A stretch of 64,000 bases of DNA from Candidatus Dojkabacteria bacterium (lineage in GTDB: Bacteria > Patescibacteriota > Dojkabacteria > GCA-002793355). Positions 16,972-26,745 of the stretch are shown here, piece after piece. The stretch covers positions 843,627 through 907,626 of the forward strand of contig CP129477.1 of assembly GCA_030583825.1 (NCBI GenBank), given 5' to 3'. The number at the start of each line of letters is the position of its first letter. Within the stretch, counting starts at the first letter, position 1. The notes under the pieces were generated by a model. That model ran no database searches, was not told where the DNA came from, and saw only the letters and a program-made list of their open reading frames with translations. The translations under genes were made by a program, and so were the position numbers.

Positions 16972-18903
16972 TTAAACGTCAAGAATTGCGAACTTTGCGT
17001 TTTGCAAAATGAACTTTCGTCGTGGAGCTACTTCAGTACCCATGAGCATATCGAAAATTGCATCTGCCTGCTGGGCGTCTTTAATATCTACTTGCTTTAA
17101 TACGCGAACTTTTGGATCCATTGTTGTTTCCCACAATTGGTCAGGGTTCATTTCTCCAAGACCTTTGAATCGCTGAATGCTTTTAATTTTCTTTCCAAGT
17201 TTGCTTTGTTTTGCAACAAAGTTGTCTTTTTCTGAGTCACTGATAAACCAGTGCTTTTCTTTTCCAATTTCGACTTTAAACAATGGCGGCTGTGCAACAT
17301 ATACTCGCTTATCTTCGATTAGCTTTCGCATGAATCGGTACATAAATGTAAGTACCAGCGTAACAATGTGAGCACCGTCAACATCGGCATCTGTCATAAT
17401 AATAACTTTACCATAGCGAAGCTTGGCGATCTCCATTTGCTCTCCAATTCCACATCCGAGTGCTGTTACCAGATCCTTAAGCTTTTCGTTTGCCAATACA
17501 CGATCCAAACGATACTTTTCGCTATTGATTGGCTTACCACTGAGTGGCAAAATAGCCTGAAATTCTCGGCTTCGTGCCTGTTTTGCTGATCCACCTGCGC
17601 TATCACCTTCTACAACAAATAATTCTGAGAGCTCTTTGTCTTTTGTAGAACAATCTGCAAGTTTTCCTGGCAATGCTGAAAATGTCAAAACGTTCTTTCT
17701 TAAGATAGCGTTACGTGCTGCTTTTGCTGCGTTACGTGCTTTCAACGAGATAATTGCTTTCTGAATCACTGATTTTGCGTCGCCCGGGTTTTCCTGGAAA
17801 AATTCGTGCAACGCGTCAACAACGACTTTCTGAACAATACTCTTGATTTCAGGGTTGTTCAATTTGATTTTTGTCTGACCCTCATATTGTGGGTTTGGAA
17901 GTTTTACTGAAATAACTGCGGTTAACCCTTCTCGGACATCTTCTCCTTCGAGCTTTGTTTTCTCGTCGAGAAGGCTTGCTCCAAGTCCATACTTGTTAAT
18001 TGTTTGTGTTAATGCTGCTTTGAATCCTGCTAAGTGAGTTCCACCTTCTGGGTTTTCAATGTTGTTTGCGAATGTTTTTATATTTTCCTGGGTTGAATCT
18101 GTGTACATAAATCCTACTTCGACGACAACGTTCTCATCTTCTTTGCTGACGAAAAATGGAGTTTTCATAATTGCATTTCCCACTTTGAGACTGTTTACAA
18201 ATGAAAGAATACCCTTTTCGAAGTAATACTGCTTTGTGATTGCTCCTTCTGATTGCTCGTTAATGAATGTGAACAAAATCTCAGAAGTTAAGTATGCCTG
18301 AGTATGAAGTCTTTTTTCGATAGTTTTTGGATTGAATTTCTGATCTGCGAAGATCTCTGTATCTGGTAAAAAGTGCTGAGTTGTTCCTGTCTGCTCTGCA
18401 TCGTTTAGTTTACGGACAACTTCAAGCTCTGTTTGGCGAATTCCACGTGAAAACTTCTGTTGATATAACTTTCCGTTACGCATAACTTGTGTTGTCATTT
18501 CCGAAGAAAGTGCATTCGTACAAGAAATACCTACTCCGTGAAGACCACCGGAAATTTTATACGCATTTTTGTTGAACTTACCGCCAGCGTGAAGCACAGT
18601 CATGACTGTTTCAAGTGCGCTTAGGCCAGTTTCTGGGTGAACATCTACAGGAATACCACGGCCATTATCTCGAACAGTAATGGAATTGTCTTTGTGAAGA
18701 ATAACAGTGACATGTGTTGCAAACTTTCCAAGTGCTTCGTCAACAGCGTTGTCGAGTGCTTCGTAAAAAATCTGATGTAATCCATGAGCATCGGTTGAAC
18801 CGATGTACATAGCTGGTCTTTCGCGTACTGCTTCAAGGCCCTTAAGGACGGTAATTTCCGCCGCATTATATGATGATTGTTTCTGTGGTTGTGTTGCTGC
18901 CAT
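16972..18903 (-). CDS. gyrB: DNA gyrase subunit B
   Basis: The N-terminus AAEITVLKGLEAVRERPAMYIGSTDAHGLHQIFYEALDNAVDEA, the GHKL ATPase, TOPRIM (VEGDSAGGSAKQAR) and the C-terminal domain are all present. Compact 643-aa form. Confidence 0.85.
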   Translation of the reverse strand: MAATQPQKQSSYNAAEITVLKGLEAVRERPAMYIGSTDAHGLHQIFYEALDNAVDEALGKFATHVTVILHKDNSITVRDNGRGIPVDVHPETGLSALETVMTVLHAGGKFNKNAYKISGGLHGVGISCTNALSSEMTTQVMRNGKLYQQKFSRGIRQTELEVVRKLNDAEQTGTTQHFLPDTEIFADQKFNPKTIEKRLHTQAYLTSEILFTFINEQSEGAITKQYYFEKGILSFVNSLKVGNAIMKTPFFVSKEDENVVVEVGFMYTDSTQENIKTFANNIENPEGGTHLAGFKAALTQTINKYGLGASLLDEKTKLEGEDVREGLTAVISVKLPNPQYEGQTKIKLNNPEIKSIVQKVVVDALHEFFQENPGDAKSVIQKAIISLKARNAAKAARNAILRKNVLTFSALPGKLADCSTKDKELSELFVVEGDSAGGSAKQARSREFQAILPLSGKPINSEKYRLDRVLANEKLKDLVTALGCGIGEQMEIAKLRYGKVIIMTDADVDGAHIVTLVLTFMYRFMRKLIEDKRVYVAQPPLFKVEIGKEKHWFISDSEKDNFVAKQSKLGKKIKSIQRFKGLGEMNPDQLWETTMDPKVRVLKQVDIKDAQQADAIFDMLMGTEVAPRRKFILQNAKFAILDV

Positions 18904-19082
18904 TTGTCATTATATCACGTGAGCAGTAGACTTTGTACCCCCATTTGGACGAATAATATGGAACTGACATGTTGAGAATATTTGAACAAGGTAAAGGAGA
19001 GACTTTTTATTTAGGGGTGAGAACAGGCACTTTTGCGACCAAAAAAGGATACACAGAAGTGCCTGGGGGAGACTTTTAGCGA

Positions 19083-19598
19083 TTACTGTGGCAATTCAAG
19101 CCGATAGATTTTGTCGCGGGATGAACCGAATACGGCAAAGTCAGGCATGAAGCCAGAAATCTCACGCACAGTGACTGTTTCAGGAAAGGTGCGTGTGCCA
19201 CGTCCAAGAATCATGTTTCGGAATGTTATTTCTCCATCAAGGGTGAAAATGGGTTGAACGCGATATTCGCTCCATATTTCTAACTGCAATGAGGCAGCCG
19301 AAGCTAATTCTCGTCCGCAACCATCGGAGAAGCACCATACCTCTGCAAAACTCGTATGCAGTGAAAGTGGTTCAGATGGAGTTGTTACTATTAAATGGTA
19401 AACGATTAAAAACTTTCCTTCCTGAGGAATACCATTCACCACTAGCGTTGCGTGATTTTCTAGGCGCAATGTACCGCCGTAAAAAACGCGTGTAGTCGGC
19501 GTTTCAGCCTGAAGCGGAGCCTCTGCCTGCACGGGAATAAAACCTATGCTTAGCATTAGCACGATAAAAACGAGGACGGCTTTCCTCAAATCAAACAT
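19083..19598 (-). CDS. hypothetical secreted protein
   Basis: N-terminal signal peptide-like segment MFDLRKAVLVFIVLMLSIGFIPVQAEA. Confidence 0.35.
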   Translation of the reverse strand: MFDLRKAVLVFIVLMLSIGFIPVQAEAPLQAETPTTRVFYGGTLRLENHATLVVNGIPQEGKFLIVYHLIVTTPSEPLSLHTSFAEVWCFSDGCGRELASAASLQLEIWSEYRVQPIFTLDGEITFRNMILGRGTRTFPETVTVREISGFMPDFAVFGSSRDKIYRLELPQ

Positions 19599-19706
19599 TG
19601 AAATCTCCTTTTTGAAGAACGGAGTTTAACGATACACCCGATTATACTACTTTCTCCTTACGAAATCCTGACAAAAGGCATTCCCTAGAAAATAAACTGA
19701 AAAACT

Positions 19707-21551
19707 TTACGAACCAGATTCCTCTTTATACCCTTCCGCTTGCAGCTTAAATGCCTTCGCATATACGCCATCTTTTGCGAGTAATTCGCCATGTGTTCCC
19801 TGCTCTGCAATCTTGCCCTTTTCAAGCACGATGATTCTGTCTGCGCGGCGAACAGTCGAAAATCGGTGGGAAATAATCACAACTGTTTTATTCTTAAAGA
19901 AGTCGTAAATTCTCGTAAAAATATTGTACTCAGAAACTGCGTCAATTGCGGCTGTTGGTTCGTCAAAGACAGCGAGTGCTGCATCACGGTAGAAAAATCG
20001 AGCAATTGCAATCTTTTGCTGTTGTCCTCCACTTGGGCGGATTCCACCCTCAAATCGTTCGCTCAAAATCTGATCATATTGCTTCTGAAACTCCATAATA
20101 AAATCATGTGCATCGGCGCTTCTTGCGGCTTCAACAATTTTCTCTTCATTAAGCTCTTTTACAGATCGTCCGATATAAATATTTTCTCTGACAGTCATGT
20201 GTCCGTAAGAATTAAAGTCTTGGAAAAGGATGCCTACATTTTTGTGCCAGTCGTCAATTGTGAGATCGTTTATATTCATTCCGTTTACAAGAATTTCTCC
20301 TGAAGAAACTTGGTAAATCCGTGCTAATAATTTCACTAAAGTTGTTTTTCCTGCGCCATTGTGCCCGACAATCGCGATTTTCTCTCCAGCTTTAATTGTG
20401 AAGGATAAATTATTAAAAATTTTCTTTTTTGAGTGTGGATACGAGAACGATACATTTCTAAATTCAATTTCAGGAGGCTCAGAAAGCCGGGGTAATGCAA
20501 TGTGACCATCCGCAACTGCTCTTTTAAGCTTAAAGAGCTTTACAACATCAATCATTTTTACTGAGTATTCATTCAAGAATGAAATTGTTCCCAATACTCT
20601 CATCAGTGCCGAAGAGAAGCTATCAACTGCACGGATCTGAAACGTTGCTGTACCAACCGTAATTGCGCCTGCAATTGCCTGACCGATAACAACAACATAT
20701 GCCCCAATGCTTACGAGTGAGTCCAGCAGATTCAAAAAGAATCCTACGAGTTCTCTATCGCGGATAATCTGCAAAATCCCTTTGTTATACCATGCGTAAA
20801 ATTCTTTAAACTTTCTGTCAAAATATCCATATGCACCGGTAAGTCCAATTTCCTGCAATGCATTCGGATTTGTTAGCCATCCTGAATAATTGCCTGCCAT
20901 ACGACGCTTTTCTGAGTTATCTACCTGGAACCTAAAATCTTTATTTGTGTAATAGCGGTCGGGGACAAATTTTATAAGTGTTAATACAATGAGGATTGGT
21001 ATAAACATTGGAAGAAACGCAACAAGCACGACTCCTGCGGTAATTGCGCGGATAATCTGAGCAAATCCCGTGACCAACTCAAGGATAATATCAAATGTAC
21101 TGTAAATCCATTGGTTTGCTCTTTGAACTATATTGTTTACTTCGGGATCTTCGAGTGTCTGTACTCCAAGCGAATGTAAATGTGTGTACATGATTCTTTC
21201 CAGCTCGCTGCGCATAATCATTCTAATAGAACGCCTGGCGTAAATTTGGATGCTGTGAACAAATCCATCGAAAATAATCCAGTATAAAAATAGTGCAATA
21301 AGGTACGGATACATTTCAGAAATATTTCCACCATTTGTTGTGAGGCGAATCAATTCGTCAAGCACTTTTGCGAAAAGCGCGGCGTAGATAATTGGGCGTA
21401 CTTCCGCAAGCACTTGCATTAAAAACATGAGAATCAGTTTAAATGGTGCGAATCTGAAATACGTTTTAAGAGTCCAAAGGATAATTTCGAAGAACTCTTT
21501 CTGGGTAATTTTTTCCTGTTTGACAGGATTTATGTCTTTTTGATTTGCCAT
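19707..21551 (-). CDS. ABC transporter, fused permease/ATP-binding protein (type I exporter, MsbA-like)
   Basis: N-terminal 6-TM domain. Walker A GHNGAGKTT, signature LSGGQQQKIAIARFF, Walker B LAVFDEPTAAID. Confidence 0.8.
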   Translation of the reverse strand: MANQKDINPVKQEKITQKEFFEIILWTLKTYFRFAPFKLILMFLMQVLAEVRPIIYAALFAKVLDELIRLTTNGGNISEMYPYLIALFLYWIIFDGFVHSIQIYARRSIRMIMRSELERIMYTHLHSLGVQTLEDPEVNNIVQRANQWIYSTFDIILELVTGFAQIIRAITAGVVLVAFLPMFIPILIVLTLIKFVPDRYYTNKDFRFQVDNSEKRRMAGNYSGWLTNPNALQEIGLTGAYGYFDRKFKEFYAWYNKGILQIIRDRELVGFFLNLLDSLVSIGAYVVVIGQAIAGAITVGTATFQIRAVDSFSSALMRVLGTISFLNEYSVKMIDVVKLFKLKRAVADGHIALPRLSEPPEIEFRNVSFSYPHSKKKIFNNLSFTIKAGEKIAIVGHNGAGKTTLVKLLARIYQVSSGEILVNGMNINDLTIDDWHKNVGILFQDFNSYGHMTVRENIYIGRSVKELNEEKIVEAARSADAHDFIMEFQKQYDQILSERFEGGIRPSGGQQQKIAIARFFYRDAALAVFDEPTAAIDAVSEYNIFTRIYDFFKNKTVVIISHRFSTVRRADRIIVLEKGKIAEQGTHGELLAKDGVYAKAFKLQAEGYKEESGS

Positions 21552-21613
21552 GTCGGAATTATATCACAAATGCGGGACTTTCTTATGTTCTAGAGGTATG
21601 AGATAATACAGGG

Positions 21614-22432
21614 ATGACACAGAGCGAAACAGATACTCTGCCTTCACAAATGGAGCAGCAACTTTCAAAAGGAGTTATGTACATTGTCGCAACGCCAATC
21701 GGTAACTTGCAAGACATGACATTACGGGCAAAAGATACGCTTTCTAATGTTCACACAATTATTGCAGAAAACCCTCAAGTGACTCGAAAATTGCTTACAC
21801 ATTTTGGTATTTCTACTCCTATTATCCCCTACCGTGAAGATAACCACGACCGAGTTATTGGCAACATAATCACAACACTAAAAGACGGACACAGTATTGC
21901 ACTTGTGTCAGATGCGGGAACCCCGGTGATTTCTGATCCTGGTATTAAGTTGTTGCGAGAGTGTTATGCACAAAATATTCCAGTTATCCCAATTCCAGGT
22001 GCTTCTGCAGTAACTAGCGCAGTCTCAGTTTTTCCTGTTCCAAGCCCGAAGTTTGTGTTTCTTGGATTTTTTCCACGGCAGTTTTCAGAGTTTAAGAAGT
22101 GGTTTGAGCAGTCTCAGGACTTTATTCTCAAAGAGAAAGTATCATATGTTGCGTTTGAGTCTCCACATCGAATACGAAAGACGCTTGAAGGATTTGTCGA
22201 ATTTGCAAAAGACCTTTCTGAAAAATACACTCTCAGAATTGGTCTTGCGTCGGAAATTTCGAAACTTCACGAAACATTTTTATGGTCTGCACCAGATGCG
22301 TTGCTCTCGTATAGAGAAAATGGCTTTTCCTTAGAAAAGGGCGAATACACAATTGTGGTATCATTTGTAAAGAATGGAAAACAACAAGATGACAACAGCG
22401 AAACAGAATACGACGAAGACAGTCGTGATTAA
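21614..22432 (+). CDS. rsmI: 16S rRNA (cytidine1402-2'-O)-methyltransferase
   Basis: MYIVATPIGNLQDMTLRAKDTLSNVHTIIAE is the tetrapyrrole-methylase-like RsmI N-terminus. Confidence 0.8.
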   Translation: MTQSETDTLPSQMEQQLSKGVMYIVATPIGNLQDMTLRAKDTLSNVHTIIAENPQVTRKLLTHFGISTPIIPYREDNHDRVIGNIITTLKDGHSIALVSDAGTPVISDPGIKLLRECYAQNIPVIPIPGASAVTSAVSVFPVPSPKFVFLGFFPRQFSEFKKWFEQSQDFILKEKVSYVAFESPHRIRKTLEGFVEFAKDLSEKYTLRIGLASEISKLHETFLWSAPDALLSYRENGFSLEKGEYTIVVSFVKNGKQQDDNSETEYDEDSRD

Positions 22433-23174
22433 GCTTGGGGGATCACTTCTCTCTCCGTACGATAAAGCGATGTCGCAGCTTTGCTCTGCACAGATTCCTT
22501 TTGACGTGGACTACGCAAATAACCTGATTCAACAGCTTGTCCGTGCTCCAATGCGGGTAGTATTACTTGTTGGTGGAGGTTTCTTAAACCGCTGGTATGT
22601 GAAACAAATGAAGGCGTCGTGGAACATTGAAGAAGGAAATACAAATGACCTCCATACTATCGGCATTGCTGCGTCAGTGATAAATGCGAGTACATTTAAG
22701 ATATTGCTACATAATGCCCTTGGCGTGAAACAACGACTTTTTCCAGAAGTTTTAAAGTTTCACATGTATGAGCACCTAGATGAGCTACGTGACCAACTTG
22801 AGGCTTCTCAATTTATTGTTGCATCGGGTTGGAAACCAGGTCACAGCCATGATTTGGATGCAGTTATGTTTGCGGAGTACTTTGGTGAAACAACGTTTTA
22901 CAGCCTAAAGAATATTGATGGCGTATATACCGCTGATCCAGAGAAAGATTCCACAGCGAGACGTCTTGCTTCACTTACATGGGATGAATATTTCTCAATT
23001 ATTAAAGTCACAGAACATTTGCCAGGTGCCAACTACCCTGTTGATCCTATTGCAGCAAAAGAATCTAAAGAAAAAAATATTACTTGCTACGTTATGAGTG
23101 GAACAGAGTTTTCCGACGTGGAACGAGTTATTCATGGACAAATACCAGTCCAGGCAACGCGAATTTCAAACTAA
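22374..23174 (+). CDS. amino-acid kinase family protein, uridylate kinase-like
   Basis: TVVIKLGGSLLSP, VVLLVGGGFLNRWYV and a DAVMFAEYFGE...IDGVYTADPEKD block fit the AAK/UMP-kinase fold. Overlaps the rsmI 3' end by ~59 nt. Confidence 0.5.
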   Translation: MENNKMTTAKQNTTKTVVIKLGGSLLSPYDKAMSQLCSAQIPFDVDYANNLIQQLVRAPMRVVLLVGGGFLNRWYVKQMKASWNIEEGNTNDLHTIGIAASVINASTFKILLHNALGVKQRLFPEVLKFHMYEHLDELRDQLEASQFIVASGWKPGHSHDLDAVMFAEYFGETTFYSLKNIDGVYTADPEKDSTARRLASLTWDEYFSIIKVTEHLPGANYPVDPIAAKESKEKNITCYVMSGTEFSDVERVIHGQIPVQATRISN

Positions 23175-23191
23175 CCTAAGTTTATTACCTA

Positions 23192-24073
23192 GTGAAAAAT
23201 AAACATATTGAGGTTATTGTTAACCCGGCATCCGGTCAAAAAGTCCTTAATTTGCGCGTACTAAATGCCGTTTTCAAAAAGTATAAATACGATTGGGATG
23301 TTTCTATTACCAACCGCGCAGGAGATGCCGCAAAGTTTGCAAAGAAGGCTTCAAAACGTGGAAGTATCGTTGTCGCATACGGAGGAGATGGCACTGTAAA
23401 AGAAGTCGCCGGTGGATTGGTTGGAACGAACGCTCTAATGGGAATTATTCCTGGAGGTACAGGCAATGTTATGTCTATTGAGCTTGGGATTTCTGCTGAC
23501 CAGCGCGAAGCGGCTGAGATAATCGCCAAGCCCGAAATTAACACACGAAAAATAGATGTTGGTCTCACAGAAGATAAAGAATATTTTGTTTTACATGCAG
23601 CAATGGGATTATCTGCCCAAATGATACACAATGCTCCACGGAGTGCAAAGAATAACCTTGGGCAACTTGCGTATGTTTTTGGCGCATTTGCAGCAATTCA
23701 ATCTCCAATTGAAAGTACATATCAGCTTGAAATTGATGGCAAAAAAAGCGAAGCCAAAGGTGTCACCTGCATTATTTGTAATGCTGGAAGTATTGGTCTT
23801 CCCGGCTTAAAGATGGACGAAGATGTTTTAATTGATGATGGTAAGCTTGACGTATTTATTATTGATTCTGCGGAGCTTGGAGCTCTTGTAGACGTTGCAA
23901 AAAATCTTTTACAGAAAAATATGGGTGTGCCCCATCTTGAGCACTGGAAAGGTTCAAAAATTGTTGTGACTGCAACTCCAAAACAGCCTGGCCAACTTGA
24001 CGGTGAGGTTTATACAAAGAAACGTATTGCAATTTCAGTGATTCCACAAGCAGTGAACATCATTGTTCCATAG
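23192..24073 (+). CDS. diacylglycerol-kinase catalytic domain (YegS/BmrU-like) lipid kinase
   Basis: VAYGGDGTVKEVAGGL (the GGDGT motif) and the typical ~290 aa size. Confidence 0.65.
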   Translation: MKNKHIEVIVNPASGQKVLNLRVLNAVFKKYKYDWDVSITNRAGDAAKFAKKASKRGSIVVAYGGDGTVKEVAGGLVGTNALMGIIPGGTGNVMSIELGISADQREAAEIIAKPEINTRKIDVGLTEDKEYFVLHAAMGLSAQMIHNAPRSAKNNLGQLAYVFGAFAAIQSPIESTYQLEIDGKKSEAKGVTCIICNAGSIGLPGLKMDEDVLIDDGKLDVFIIDSAELGALVDVAKNLLQKNMGVPHLEHWKGSKIVVTATPKQPGQLDGEVYTKKRIAISVIPQAVNIIVP

Positions 24074-24166
24074 CGTGGTTTATTATTCAGGAATTTATCA
24101 GAAAGGTGAAGGGACAGCCTTGTTTTTCGTTGTTTATGACGGTAAGCAAGGCTGCCTAGGTGAAAT

Positions 24167-24478
24167 TCAGTTGGAGGAAATAGTTTTTCTGACGCAGTAG
24201 CTTTGCTCTAAAGCATCTAAAATAATTTCCCACATCTCCGTTTCTGCGCGGTTGTTTGCTTTTTCGAGTTGCTCCTGTGCAATATTTAGTAAGGCTTCGG
24301 GTGTGGAATTACTTTCCGAATAGTGAAGAATAGTAACTTCATGCTCACCTGAGTAACTAAATAGGATACACACGATTGCAAGAAGGCAACCGTTTTTACA
24401 GAGTTTGACCGCTACATCATATTCTATGTCCATTGCGTCTGCGATGGCTTCGGCGGACATATCAGGGAAGAACAACAT
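24167..24478 (-). CDS. hypothetical protein
   Basis: ORF only. Confidence 0.25.
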   Translation of the reverse strand: MLFFPDMSAEAIADAMDIEYDVAVKLCKNGCLLAIVCILFSYSGEHEVTILHYSESNSTPEALLNIAQEQLEKANNRAETEMWEIILDALEQSYCVRKTISSN

Positions 24479-24619
24479 TCTAAAATTTCTCCATGTGCGC
24501 TAAACGAATAACCGATAGTATTGTAACATCTTGTAAGAAGTTCGTAAACTTTCGTGTCGCGAAGTCTATTTCTCTGAAGTATAATTATATGTCCGAACAA
24601 TGACAAAAGGGAGGTTCGT

Positions 24620-24913
24620 ATGTTAGTCCAGATATTGCAATACCCAGCTATCGCGCTCTTAAAGGTGGCAATGTGGGTAGTTGCCCTTACGCAGAACGCG
24701 CATAGTCACTCTGTCTCCGGTAATATGCTTGACTGGGATGATAAAACGACTCGCGTTTTCTGGGCAGTAATGGTGATATACATTGTGGCGATAGTTGTAA
24801 TATCATTGTTCCTTTCCGCATTCAATCTGTGGTCGGGAATCGCCTTCTTCATTGTTATGGTTGCGAGTAGTTTTGCGTTATTCGGCACGCCGTCCGCGTC
24901 ATCCAAACAATAA
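24620..24913 (+). CDS. small hypothetical membrane protein (97 aa)
   Basis: Strong RBS aagggaggttcgtATG, a -10 TATAAT at 24580-24585, two predicted TM helices, and a terminator hairpin downstream. Confidence 0.4.
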   Translation: MLVQILQYPAIALLKVAMWVVALTQNAHSHSVSGNMLDWDDKTTRVFWAVMVIYIVAIVVISLFLSAFNLWSGIAFFIVMVASSFALFGTPSASSKQ

Positions 24914-24933
24914 CGCTCTCTCATGACCAAGAC

Positions 24934-24975
24934 GGGTCGAAGCTTTTTCCCACGAATCGCTTCGACCCACTTTTC
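24934..24975 (+). terminator. Rho-independent terminator-like hairpin
   Basis: GGGTCGAAGC-N15-GCTTCGACCC (10-bp perfect stem) followed by a T-rich ACTTTTCC. Confidence 0.5.
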
Positions 24976-25137
24976 CTTATCCTATTTATCAAAACTATTA
25001 CACTAGATTTGCTCTTCTCTACTCATTCGGTAACCGAAATACCGTCCAATTATCGGGCACAGATTCTCCCCTATCCCTTTCTTTTATGCTATAATCCATG
25101 GCAACTGCCTTGAAGAGATAATATCAAAAGGGGGAAC

Positions 25138-26745
25138 ATGGCAGATATGCAATCTTTAGAAACTAAGTCGGCACAACCGGTGCAAAACAATATAGGTGAC
25201 CTCGAAGGTATTTTAGAGGCGCGTCCTCCTTTAGGAAATCGCCATTCTTCTTCACGAAAACCCAACGAAGCCGCAACACTCAACTATTTTGACCTGAACA
25301 ATGAAGAGGCTCGTGAGCGAGCCTTACACATACAGGAATCACTCCGCAGGCAACATTTCCATAAAGTCCACACAATGTACGAAGCATTTGAGACAGAACC
25401 AGGTGCTGTAAACGCTTTGAGACGAGATACTGTTAATAACATTGCTGCAATGCAGTGGTTTCCTAGGCACTCTCAAGAAGCACAAGAATACTTCGAGGAG
25501 ATGGTTCCAGACGAAGATCTTCGTAAACAAATTCAGCTTCATTACAGTGAATTCTTCACATATGTTCATAGAGAAGTCGCCCGAGCAGTACTTTCGCCTC
25601 GAAAGTGTGAAACAATGTTTGCCGACAAAGGACTCTTGAGCAGAATTAGAAAGAACCTTCCAGCGCATCTTATTCCTGCTGCAGAAGAACTCACAGAACA
25701 GCTTATTGATGACTACTATCAACAGCTAAACAACCTCATTGACGAAGAAAAGCTCGCAAAATATGAACAAAATGTTTGTTACGAGCTAGATTGGTACGAT
25801 GATGGCTATAGCCTACACAAGAGAAAAAGAAATATTATTTTGCTTAACGGCCCAGTTGGCTCAGGAAAAGGAACGACGCTTGAACAATTAGAAGCTGAAG
25901 CTGTAGAAACAGGAACTGCCGGTATTGCCGGACGTGGTGGACAATCAAAAGAAAAACGCGATAAATTAGAAGGTGGCCCAAACAGATACGATCGTTGGGA
26001 ATATGTTTCCGGCGGACTTGACCGTTCACGCAAAAAGCAGAGACGAATTCCTGACCGCGTTATGCGTATGTGGCTTGCAATGGAACTTATGCAAAAGCGT
26101 GGAGAGCTTGATGCAGAAGGAAAATTCGACGAGCCTATTTATATCTCGGGTTATCCTCGCGAGGTTGATCAAACAAAACTCTTTGCGCATCTTGACCAGG
26201 AGCAAGTTGTTTCTGTGTATATGGAAATTTCTGAACAGGAAGCAGCAACGCGAACGCTAAGCCGCATGATTGAGCAAAGTGTCGCAACTGCAATGGATGC
26301 AAGAGCTATTGAAAATGCTGAGCTTTCTCGTGCAGAAAAAGATGCAAGACTTGCAAAGTTGGAATATTACCGCGGAGATGACTTTAAATCTTTGGACTTT
26401 TCAAATGCTCCAGAAGTTAGACAGATGATCTTGCGGTTTAATAAAGACATGCTTGCTGCGTTGCAAATCGTAGATCCACACGGGAAAATAGAGTTGAAAA
26501 AACTACAGGAAAAAATTAAAAAAGCAATTTTTGAGAATCACAAGGCAGCGATTGAACAGCTATTGCTGGCACGTGGAGACGAAGGTCATAAAGGAGAAGC
26601 TCGATATCACCTCGACATGCGCAACAAAAGGTCTATTATTGAAGCATCCGAGTCAATGGGTATTGAAACAATTATCGTTCAATGTGACGGTAAAGCCCCA
26701 CCGCAGGTAACTGAAGAAGTGGCACAATATGTCCGCGCAGCCTAA
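25138..26745 (+). CDS. hypothetical protein (535 aa) with an embedded adenylate/NMP-kinase-like P-loop domain
   Basis: NIILLNGPVGSGKGTTLEQLEAE is an NMP-kinase-type P-loop. Then VSGGLDRSRKK (compare AK ISTGDMLR) and PIYISGYPREVDQTKLF (compare AK GFLLDGFPRT). These are flanked by a ~230-aa N-terminal and ~170-aa C-terminal extension with no recognisable motifs. Confidence 0.45.
   Translation: MADMQSLETKSAQPVQNNIGDLEGILEARPPLGNRHSSSRKPNEAATLNYFDLNNEEARERALHIQESLRRQHFHKVHTMYEAFETEPGAVNALRRDTVNNIAAMQWFPRHSQEAQEYFEEMVPDEDLRKQIQLHYSEFFTYVHREVARAVLSPRKCETMFADKGLLSRIRKNLPAHLIPAAEELTEQLIDDYYQQLNNLIDEEKLAKYEQNVCYELDWYDDGYSLHKRKRNIILLNGPVGSGKGTTLEQLEAEAVETGTAGIAGRGGQSKEKRDKLEGGPNRYDRWEYVSGGLDRSRKKQRRIPDRVMRMWLAMELMQKRGELDAEGKFDEPIYISGYPREVDQTKLFAHLDQEQVVSVYMEISEQEAATRTLSRMIEQSVATAMDARAIENAELSRAEKDARLAKLEYYRGDDFKSLDFSNAPEVRQMILRFNKDMLAALQIVDPHGKIELKKLQEKIKKAIFENHKAAIEQLLLARGDEGHKGEARYHLDMRNKRSIIEASESMGIETIIVQCDGKAPPQVTEEVAQYVRAA

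Noticed and set aside
18904-19082. Inverted repeat AGGCACTT-N24-AAGTGCCT between gyrB and the downstream gene.
   Set aside because: Not followed by a T-tract on either strand. It may be a regulatory hairpin, but the evidence is too weak to call a terminator.
22374-22432. A 59-nt overlap between rsmI and the UMP-kinase-like gene, which could indicate a frameshift or pseudogene.
   Set aside because: The two are in different frames, and the kinase N-terminal motif (VVIKLGGSLL) requires a start inside rsmI. A genuine overlap is the simplest explanation.
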